Shown here: positions 57,005 to 64,000 of the stretch, in pieces | Position numbering within the stretch: position 1 is the first letter of the stretch | Layout of the letters: every line of letters begins with the position of its first letter | Assembly (NCBI GenBank): GCA_031459915.1 | Contig: JAVKHO010000002.1 | Location: 102,597 to 166,596 of the forward strand | Reading direction: 5' to 3' | DNA: 64,000 nt | Source of the DNA: Candidatus Tepidifontimicrobium thermophilum | GTDB taxonomy: Bacteria; Sysuimicrobiota; Sysuimicrobiia; Sysuimicrobiales; Sysuimicrobiaceae | Notes under the pieces: model-generated | The model's database searches: none | Told to the model about the DNA's origin: nothing | The model's input: the letters and a program-made list of their open reading frames with translations, nothing else | Program-made: the position numbers and the translations under genes

Positions 57005-59857
57005 GTGACCCCCGAAGGCGACAGCCTGCTGGCCGCGTGGGCCGAAGCCGCTTCCCGTGGAGGTCCCGTGCGCTTCCTACGGGAGCGCTTCGGAGACCCC
57101 TGCCTGGAGGTGGCCGAACACCTCAAGGACCTGGTGGACCGCTTGGCCCACCACCGACCGCAGCAGGCCTTACAGCGGGCCCGGGAACTGGCGGACTACG
57201 CGGAAGCCGGAGCGGACCCAACCGTCCGGGTGGTGGCGCGCCTGGCGGTGGCCAACGCGCTTCTCTGGTGCGAGCGGCTGGAGGAAGCCCACGAAGCCTA
57301 CGAGGCCGCTCGGCGGCTGGCCGACGCACACGGCCAGCCCCACCTGGCCGCTCGGTGCGGGGTCGGCCGCATGGGGGTGCTGTTCCGGCAGGGCCGCTAC
57401 CGTGAGGCGCTGGAGCTGGCAGACCTCATCGAGCCGGTGCTCGCCGCTCACCCAAAAACCTGCCTGTTCGCGGCCCGCGTGCGGGCACAGCGCGCCACCC
57501 TCCTCCAGTACCTGGGAGACACCGAGGCAGCCCTTTTGGCGTACGCCCAAGCGGCTGACCAGTTCCGGACTCTGGGGGAGTCCGCCAACCTGGATCTGGC
57601 CGTGGTCCAGCACAACGCGGGGCTGCTGCTGGCGCAGCTCGGCCGCCACGCGGAAGCGGCTCAAGCCCTCCAGGAGGCCACCAGGCGCGCGGAAGCTGCC
57701 GGCAGCTCCCTCCTGGCCCTGCGGTCGGCTGCGGCCACCGCCTGGTCGCACGTGGCTCAGGGCCGGTACGCGCACGCCCTTCAGGCTCTGGAGGAGGTGG
57801 CGGACCGCTACCGGGAGGCTGGCGTCCCTGCCGCGGCAGCCGCCTACCGGCTCTTCGCTCTGGAGTGTCGCCTGTACCTGGGACAGGCGGACCGCGTGAC
57901 CCGCGAAGGGCGCCACTTGGCGCACGAGCTGGACGCGGCGGGGTTCATAGCCGAAGCGGCCCGCGCCCGCTACCTGGCTGCTGTGGCGTGCCGGCAGCGA
58001 GGAGACCTCCACGCCGCGGGGACGCTCCTCCAGCAAGCCCTAGCGGCCCTCGACAGGATCGGGCGGCAGCCGTGGAGGGCCGCCGCCGCCTGCGAGCTGG
58101 CCGCCGTGCGGTCGCGCGAAGGGAACACGTCTGAGGCTGTGGCACTCGCGGACCAGGCCTACCGGAGCTGGGTCGAGGTCGGCAGCCCCGCGGGCACGGG
58201 GCGGGCCCTGCTGGTGCGCTCCGACGCTTACCTCCTGCTGCAGGACACCGCCACTGCCCTCCAGTCCGCGCGAGAGGCTCTCCGTCTGGGGCAGCAGCAC
58301 CGTATGGCCTGGCTTTGCGCTGCGGCCCACCGCCGGCTCAGCGTCCTGTGGCCACCAAGGCGCAGCGGGCACTTGCTCAGTGGTGTGCGGTGGGCCGACC
58401 GCATGCTGGCATGGCTCCCTGCGGACTTGCGCTCGGGGGTGTTCGCGGAGCTCGGCGAGCTGTACGCAGCCTCGGTGCTGGAGCTCTGGGGACGGGGGCG
58501 GTGGGTGCGGGCGTGGGAGGTGGTCCAGTCTGCCAAGTCGAGGGGTATGGCCTGGCTTCTGGCCTCCCACGGGCTCCGGGTGCGCCCGCGGGATCCCGCC
58601 AGCGCCCACCTAGTACAGGAGCTGAACCGCCTTCTGGAGGCCCACCGCCGCGGGGTTTTCGCAGAGCTGGACCCTGGCGAGCCACACTTCCCCGGACAAC
58701 CGGCCGAAGCGGACCTGGAATCCCGGGTGCGGGACCTGCTGTGGCGGCTCCAGTTGCAGGACCCCGCATACGCTTCCGAGGCCCCCTTCCTGATGCGCAC
58801 CCTCAGGCCAGCTCTCCCGGATCTGGACAGCGACACGGCCCTGGTGGAGTACTTCGTGGCCGGCGACCACGTGCTGGTCTTCGTGCTGGAGCCTGATGGA
58901 CACGTGCTTTGCCACCGGGCCTGCGGAACGCGGGAAGTGGCGCGGGTGGCCGCCCTGTGGGCGAACGGCCTCCGCGCGCACGCCACCGGACAGCTCTCCA
59001 CCCGGCAGGCGGTACGTCAGGCCCGTCGGGTCCTCCAGGACCTGCACTCACTCCTGGTGGCCCCGGTGGAGCCACGGCTCCGCCCCTACCGCCGCCTCGT
59101 GGTGGCGCCCTTCGGGCTGCTGCACGGCCTGCCCTTCCACGCTTGCCATGACGGGCACGCGCACGTGTGGGACCGGTGGGAAGTGGGGTATGTGCCCGCA
59201 GGGTCACTGCTTCCCCTACTTCAGAAGCGGCCGATGGCCCGCGGACCCGCAGTGTGCGTGGCCGACGGCCTGCGGGGCCAGCTGCCCGGGGCCGTGGCAG
59301 AGGCCCGCTGGGTGGCCCGGCGACTTGGCGGCCGCCTGTACGAGAGCCCGAGTCCGGACCAGCTCCTGGCCGCCGTGCGGGACGCAAAGCTGGTGCACGT
59401 GGCTGCCCACTGCCGTTTCCGGCCCGAGGCGCCGCTACTGTCCGCCATCCACCTCGCCGCGGGCCCGGTCACCGCGGCGGACGTCCTGGCAGCCGAGGCT
59501 GGCTGTGGGATCGTGGTCCTGAGCGGCTGCGAGACCGCGTCCTCCAGGGTATTGCCCGGGGACGAGCTGGTGGGCTTCACACGCGCGTGGCTCCACGCCG
59601 GTGCCCGGGCGGTGGTGGTGTCCTTGTGGCCGGTGCACGATGGGTCCACCGCCCAGTTCATGCAGCAGCTGTACGACCATCTAGCTCGTGGCGCGCGGAT
59701 CCCGGATGCACTGCGAAGCGCCGGCCTCCAGCTGCGCGCCCGGTGGGAGCACCCCTGGTACTGGGCCGGGTTCGTCGTGGTTGGGGATCCCCAGGCCCGA
59801 CTGGTCGAAAACACGGGCTGCGCGCGTTCACCGGACGGAAGCCTTCAAGGAGGGTGA
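57005..59857 (+). CDS. TPR-repeat plus C-terminal CHAT (caspase-like) protease
   Basis: About 480 aa of TPR-like helices, then [28 protein letters not shown], dyad HVAAHC / [18 protein letters not shown] and HPWYWAGF. Confidence 0.93.
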   Translation: MTPEGDSLLAAWAEAASRGGPVRFLRERFGDPCLEVAEHLKDLVDRLAHHRPQQALQRARELADYAEAGADPTVRVVARLAVANALLWCERLEEAHEAYEAARRLADAHGQPHLAARCGVGRMGVLFRQGRYREALELADLIEPVLAAHPKTCLFAARVRAQRATLLQYLGDTEAALLAYAQAADQFRTLGESANLDLAVVQHNAGLLLAQLGRHAEAAQALQEATRRAEAAGSSLLALRSAAATAWSHVAQGRYAHALQALEEVADRYREAGVPAAAAAYRLFALECRLYLGQADRVTREGRHLAHELDAAGFIAEAARARYLAAVACRQRGDLHAAGTLLQQALAALDRIGRQPWRAAAACELAAVRSREGNTSEAVALADQAYRSWVEVGSPAGTGRALLVRSDAYLLLQDTATALQSAREALRLGQQHRMAWLCAAAHRRLSVLWPPRRSGHLLSGVRWADRMLAWLPADLRSGVFAELGELYAASVLELWGRGRWVRAWEVVQSAKSRGMAWLLASHGLRVRPRDPASAHLVQELNRLLEAHRRGVFAELDPGEPHFPGQPAEADLESRVRDLLWRLQLQDPAYASEAPFLMRTLRPALPDLDSDTALVEYFVAGDHVLVFVLEPDGHVLCHRACGTREVARVAALWANGLRAHATGQLSTRQAVRQARRVLQDLHSLLVAPVEPRLRPYRRLVVAPFGLLHGLPFHACHDGHAHVWDRWEVGYVPAGSLLPLLQKRPMARGPAVCVADGLRGQLPGAVAEARWVARRLGGRLYESPSPDQLLAAVRDAKLVHVAAHCRFRPEAPLLSAIHLAAGPVTAADVLAAEAGCGIVVLSGCETASSRVLPGDELVGFTRAWLHAGARAVVVSLWPVHDGSTAQFMQQLYDHLARGARIPDALRSAGLQLRARWEHPWYWAGFVVVGDPQARLVENTGCARSPDGSLQGG

Positions 59858-59860
59858 AAC

Positions 59861-61258
59861 ATGCACGGAGGGTGGAACCGTCTGCGCGGCCACCTGGTGG
59901 TGGCCTGCCCGGAAGCCCTTTTGGACTCCCTGGAGCAGTTCCACTCCGTCCGGTGCCTCCTGCCTCCCCCGAGGCCGCAAACGGTGTTCGTCTCCCGGCG
60001 GCCTGGTGGGGCGTGGCGGTGGGAAGCGCTCCCTCTGCCGCCCGTCCGGAGGAGCCCTCCGTGGTTCCGGGCGGTGCGGCGGTTCGTCGTGGAAACCGAC
60101 GAACCGGAACGAAACGTGGCCCGGCGCCTATCCGAGGCCGCGCCGTCCGCCCACGCGTCCTTGGACTTCCAAGTCCGCGGGCAGGCGGAGGTGGCCCACG
60201 GCAGCCCGACCCCGGAGTCCGCTATCTGCGTTCCCGACGCCGACGAAGTGGACTTCGCCAGCCAGCCGGCCTTCGAGCAGATCGGGCTTTTGCAGTACGA
60301 GCGGGTAAAGTTCCGGCCCCGAGGGGAGGGTGTGACCGTCGTCATCCTGGACAGCGGCCCCGGGCTCGGGCCCGACGGCCTGCCACGCCTGGACCCCGGC
60401 TGCGTGGATGTGTATGTGGACTGGCCGCAACGCGTGCCGGAGAACTTCCCGGTCTGGGTGCCCCTGACGGACGCGGAGGACCCTCCCTGCGGGCTGGCGG
60501 AGCGCTGGCGGGCCAGGGCCTGGTCGCCGCTACTGGCCACCGACGCACAGATGCAAGACTACCGCGCCCACCACGGGGCCATGGTGGCGTCGCTGGTCCG
60601 CCGCGTGGCCCCTGGGGCCCGCGTGGTCCTGGTGGCGCTGCTGAACCGCGAGCTCGCGACCGCCACCTACGAGCTCGCGGAGGTCCTCCGGTGGGCTTAC
60701 GAGCTCGCAAGCCTTCCCGTGCGGCACCCCGACACCCGGGCGCCCCTGGTGACCCTCCCCCTCGCGTACAACCTGAGCCTGGGGGTGGACCGGTCCCAGC
60801 CGGAGACGGTGCAGTCCTGCGCGCTCCTGGCGGTGGTGGACGAGCTGGCGCGCCAGCGCGCGGTGCTGGTAGCGGCGAGCGGCAACCTGTCCCAGGGCCG
60901 GCCCGAAAACTGCCTGGAGCCTGCCGCCTACGGGCACTTCGGAGACACCCTGGCCACCCAGACACAGGTGATCCCGGTGGCGGCCACCAGTGCTGCGCAG
61001 CCAGACCGTTACGCGTGGTTCAGCAACGAAGCGCACTTCGCAGCCCCGGGGGAGGACCTCATCCTGGACTGCGGGGCGGTGCTGGCGGGGTCCCGCTACG
61101 TCCGCTGGTCGGGCACCTCCTTCGCGGCAGGCCTGGTCACCGGCGTGGTGGCGGTGTTGCTGAGTACGGGGCTTTCGCCCGAGATGGTGAAGGCCAGGCT
61201 GTGGGAACGGGCCGCGCGGCCCTCACGGTGGGACGGGGTGCACGCGGTCCGCCTGTGA
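59861..61258 (+). CDS. S8 subtilisin-like serine protease, no signal peptide
   Basis: Triad VILDSG, HHGAMVASL and WSGTSFAA plus oxyanion AASGN. SD AAGGAGG overlaps the end of the CHAT gene. Confidence 0.92.
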   Translation: MHGGWNRLRGHLVVACPEALLDSLEQFHSVRCLLPPPRPQTVFVSRRPGGAWRWEALPLPPVRRSPPWFRAVRRFVVETDEPERNVARRLSEAAPSAHASLDFQVRGQAEVAHGSPTPESAICVPDADEVDFASQPAFEQIGLLQYERVKFRPRGEGVTVVILDSGPGLGPDGLPRLDPGCVDVYVDWPQRVPENFPVWVPLTDAEDPPCGLAERWRARAWSPLLATDAQMQDYRAHHGAMVASLVRRVAPGARVVLVALLNRELATATYELAEVLRWAYELASLPVRHPDTRAPLVTLPLAYNLSLGVDRSQPETVQSCALLAVVDELARQRAVLVAASGNLSQGRPENCLEPAAYGHFGDTLATQTQVIPVAATSAAQPDRYAWFSNEAHFAAPGEDLILDCGAVLAGSRYVRWSGTSFAAGLVTGVVAVLLSTGLSPEMVKARLWERAARPSRWDGVHAVRL

Positions 61259-61700
61259 GAGGCGAGCGGCGCGCCGAACACCGACCGTGCCCGGTTTGCG
61301 GCACGTACCCAGCGGCGCAGGGGTGGTCTCGTACCCGCGGGCGGGACGGCGGTCACGGGGGAGGTGACCCTCTCGGGAGGTGCAGCAGGGGCCTCCTGGC
61401 CACGCCCACGGCGGCCTGACCGCCGGGGTGCTCGACGAGGCCAAGGGCACCGCTGTGTGGCGCGCGGGCTACCTCACGGGTGTAGGTGGACGATCGCCCT
61501 CCCCCTGGACCGGGTGGTAAGCGTCGAAGCGCGGCTGGGTATGTCACCCGGCAGCCTGCGGGGCTTCGTGGAAAGCCCCCGAACACCCCTAACCGCCCGC
61601 TGGAACACAGGCGAGTGGCGAGGAGCAACGACCGGCGCTCCCCGGCGCACCCACCGGCCGCCGTTCCTCGCTGAAGCCAAGGCCCGCCGCGTCGAGCACT
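61255..61700 (+). pseudogene. Frameshifted PaaI/hotdog thioesterase remnant
   Basis: GTG overlaps the S8 stop. EHRPCPVCGT, VTGEVTL, QQGPPGHAHGGLTAGVLDEAKG and LPLDRVVSVEAR are spread over three frames. Confidence 0.7.
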
Positions 61701-61923
61701 CAGGGCGACAGCGTGTACTCCACGAGCTCGTAATCCCCGCTGTCTGCCCCCTCCTTCCATCGCCCCATGACGTAAAACCGTACCTGCGCTGAGAGCCAGT
61801 CCTCCTGCTCCGAGTGGCCGAGATGAACACCTTGGTACGCCTCTTGGTCCACGTGCCCCGGTCTAGGAACTCGTACGTCCCTTCTGCCTCCCACGAGGCT
61901 CCCGCGGTCAGGGGCCCTCGCAC
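61700..61923 (-). pseudogene. Possible C-terminal fragment of a beta-rich exported protein
   Basis: PLTAGASWEAEGTYEF in one frame and EQEDWLSAQVRFYV..GDYELVEYTLSP-stop in another; no clear start. Confidence 0.3.
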
Positions 61924-61970
61924 CGGGCCGGGCGGGCGGTTCGGAGGGGACGAACGTTTTCGTGGTGGCC

Positions 61971-63548
61971 CTACGTCGGTTCCGCCCTGGCGGCCGACCG
62001 TAACAGGAACTTCTGGATCTTCCCGGTTGCGGTCTTCGGGAGCTCCTGCAGGAACTCCACCGCCTTCGGGGCCTTGAAGTGCGCCAGCTGCTCGCGGCAG
62101 AAGGCGATGAGCTCCTCCGCGGTGGCCTGGGCACCGGGCCTCAGCACCACGTACGCCTTCGGCACCTCACCCCACTTGGGGTCCGGGGTGCCCACCACCG
62201 CGGCCTCCATGACCGCGGGATGGCGGTACAGCACCGCCTCCACCTCCACCGAGGAGATGTTCTCGCCGCCGCTGATGATGATGTCCTTCTTCCGATCGAC
62301 GATCTGGAGGTAGCCGTCCGGGTGCACCACCGCCAGGTCCCCGGTGTGAAACCACCCGCCGGCGAACGCCTCCGCGGTGGCCTCCGGATCCCGGTAGTAG
62401 CCGTCCATGACGGTGGGTCCGCGCACCACGATCTCCCCCACCTCCCGCCCGTCCCGTGCCACGGGGGACAGGTCCTCCCGGACCACCGCCACCTCTCCGC
62501 ACAGGAGCTGCCCCACGCCCTGTCGGGCCTTGCGGGCTGCCCGCTCCTCTAGAGGGAGAGCGTCCCACTCGCGGCGCCACTCGCACACCGTCAGCCAGGG
62601 TCCCGTCTCGGTGAGGCCGTACACGTGCACCACTTCAATCCCCAGCTCGTCCTCCGCCCGGGCGATGAGGGCTGCCGGCGGCGGCGCCCCGCCCACGTAC
62701 CAGCGCAGCTCCTGGCGCGGCCTCCAGCCCCGCGCCGCGGGGTCGTTCAGGAGCATCACCAGCACCGTGGGCGCGGAGAACGCCACGGTGACCCCCTCCT
62801 GGTCGATCAGGCGGAACACCTCCGGAGGATCCACCTTCGCCAGGCACACGTGCCGCGCGCCCGCAGCACTCACCGCCCACACCGCGCCCCAGCCGTTCAC
62901 GTGGAACATAGGCAATACGTGCAGGTACACGTCGTCCAGCCGCAGCCGGCCGTGCACCACCAGGTTCAGCACGTTCAGGGCGGTGTTGCGGTGGGTGAGG
63001 ATGACCCCCTTGGGGTTCGCGGTGGTCCCGCTGGTGTAGTTCAGGGTGATGGCCGACGCCTCGTCCAGATCGTCCACCTCGTGCCAGATCCGTGCCGCCG
63101 CGGCGGAGGGGACCTGGTCCAGCAAGGCCTCCGACCCCCCGTCCGTCAGCTCCACTACCTGCACCCCGTCTATCCGGTCGGCCAGGGCGTGGGCCACCTC
63201 CCCGAAGCCCGGGTCCACCAGGAGCAGGCGCGTCCCCGAGTGGCGCAGGATGTACTCGTAGTCTGCCTCCCGCAGCCGGGTGTTGAGGGGCACCAGGACA
63301 CAGCCTGCGAGCGGGGCCGCGGTGTACACCTCCAGGGCCCGCCACGTGTTGGGCGAAAGGATCGCCACCCGGTCTCCACGCCCCAGCCCCAGCTCCCGAA
63401 GGGCCAGCGCCAGGCGCCCGCACCGGTCCTTGAACTCCGCGTAGGTGAACCGCCCCGGCCCGTCCACCACCGCCACGCGGTCCCCGTAGACGCCCACCGC
63501 CCGTCGTACGAACTGCAGCGGCGAAAGCGGTGCCCGCACGGGTCTCAC
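61971..63548 (-). CDS. Acyl-CoA synthetase (AMP-binding, fatty acid-CoA ligase family)
   Basis: YTSGTTANPKG, VYGLTE, WFHTGD, DRKKDIIISGGENISS and LPKTATGKIQK. Confidence 0.95.
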   Translation of the reverse strand: MRPVRAPLSPLQFVRRAVGVYGDRVAVVDGPGRFTYAEFKDRCGRLALALRELGLGRGDRVAILSPNTWRALEVYTAAPLAGCVLVPLNTRLREADYEYILRHSGTRLLLVDPGFGEVAHALADRIDGVQVVELTDGGSEALLDQVPSAAAARIWHEVDDLDEASAITLNYTSGTTANPKGVILTHRNTALNVLNLVVHGRLRLDDVYLHVLPMFHVNGWGAVWAVSAAGARHVCLAKVDPPEVFRLIDQEGVTVAFSAPTVLVMLLNDPAARGWRPRQELRWYVGGAPPPAALIARAEDELGIEVVHVYGLTETGPWLTVCEWRREWDALPLEERAARKARQGVGQLLCGEVAVVREDLSPVARDGREVGEIVVRGPTVMDGYYRDPEATAEAFAGGWFHTGDLAVVHPDGYLQIVDRKKDIIISGGENISSVEVEAVLYRHPAVMEAAVVGTPDPKWGEVPKAYVVLRPGAQATAEELIAFCREQLAHFKAPKAVEFLQELPKTATGKIQKFLLRSAARAEPT

Positions 63549-63552
63549 CCCC

Positions 63553-64000
63553 TCACACGGCCAGGTACTGACGCACCGTCTGCTCGTCGGAGGTGATGGC
63601 CTGCAACGTCCCGCCCAAGCGCACCGTCCCCTTGTCCAACACGTAGCCGCGATCCGCGATCCGCCTGCAGAAGCGGAGGTTCTGGTCCGCCAGAAGGATG
63701 GTCACCCCGGCTTGCCGGATCTCGCGCAGGGTCTGCTCCAACTGTCGCACCACCAGGGGCGCGAGCCCCTCCACCGGCTCGTCCAGCAGCAACAGTTCCG
63801 GGTTGCTCATCAGGGCACGGCCCAGCGCCAGCATCTTCTGCTGCCCGCCCGAAAGCTGCGTGCCGCGCAGGTGACGGAGCTCCCGCAGCGCGGGGAACAG
63901 GCCGTAGACGCGCTGCAGGTCCCACGGCCCCTCCCGGCCCGAAGCGTACCGCGCCAGCAGGAGGTTCTCCTCCACCGTGAGGTCGGGGAAGATCCGCCGG
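63553..64000 (-). CDS. LivF-like ABC ATPase (5' end outside the window)
   Basis: RRIFPDLTVEENL, LSGGQQKMLALGRAL and LLLDEPVEGLAP. Confidence 0.9.
   Translation of the reverse strand, partial: RRIFPDLTVEENLLLARYASGREGPWDLQRVYGLFPALRELRHLRGTQLSGGQQKMLALGRALMSNPELLLLDEPVEGLAPLVVRQLEQTLREIRQAGVTILLADQNLRFCRRIADRGYVLDKGTVRLGGTLQAITSDEQTVRQYLAV

Noticed and set aside
61364..61792. 142-aa ORF as an intact third gene or protease substrate of the CHAT-S8 operon
   Set aside because: It stitches together pieces of the frameshifted thioesterase; the key HGG..DE motif is in another frame.
1..64000. Prophage, IS, integron, retron/DGR, tRNA or rRNA
   Set aside because: No integrase, transposase, reverse transcriptase, phage structural motif or tRNA/rRNA-like sequence was recognised by eye; a covariance-model scan was not possible.

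Overview
High-GC chromosomal segment (roughly 70% or more by eye) of a diderm Terrabacteria-type bacterium. Gene content and order suggest Armatimonadota or a relative; this is an inference. From left to right the window holds: pcrA (partial); a decayed MNT/HEPN toxin-antitoxin remnant; hpt-guaB3-guaA; a pyrB-C-D-F-E operon under a PyrR-type attenuator; an RHH/ParE-RelE pair; and an SLH outer-membrane tether gene with a long leader. An accessory patch follows, with three membrane-anchored coiled-coil genes, a Uma2 nuclease and cobalamin riboswitch-btuB-tonB. A large minus-strand envelope cluster comes next: glmU, prs, wecA-like, wecB, lipoyl-like protein, SpoIVB/S55 protease, tamB, sigma factor, TM protein, bamA, three Skp-like genes, lpxD/C/A/I/B, fabZ, lptC/A/B/FG, two ArnT-like transferases, a GT2 and DUF3084. 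The right end has a yybP-ykoY riboswitch with terC, ybaK, a ctaA-ctaB fusion, tkt, a cytoplasmic TPR-CHAT (caspase-like) plus S8 subtilase operon, pseudogene debris, an acyl-CoA ligase and a partial livF-like ATPase. No CRISPR array, tRNA, rRNA, integrase or transposase was seen. The best candidates for undescribed systems are the CHAT-S8 protease pair, an S55 protease / sigma / putative anti-sigma module inside the outer-membrane cluster, and the length-variable coiled-coil trio beside Uma2. All product calls come from motif recognition by eye; no database search was run.
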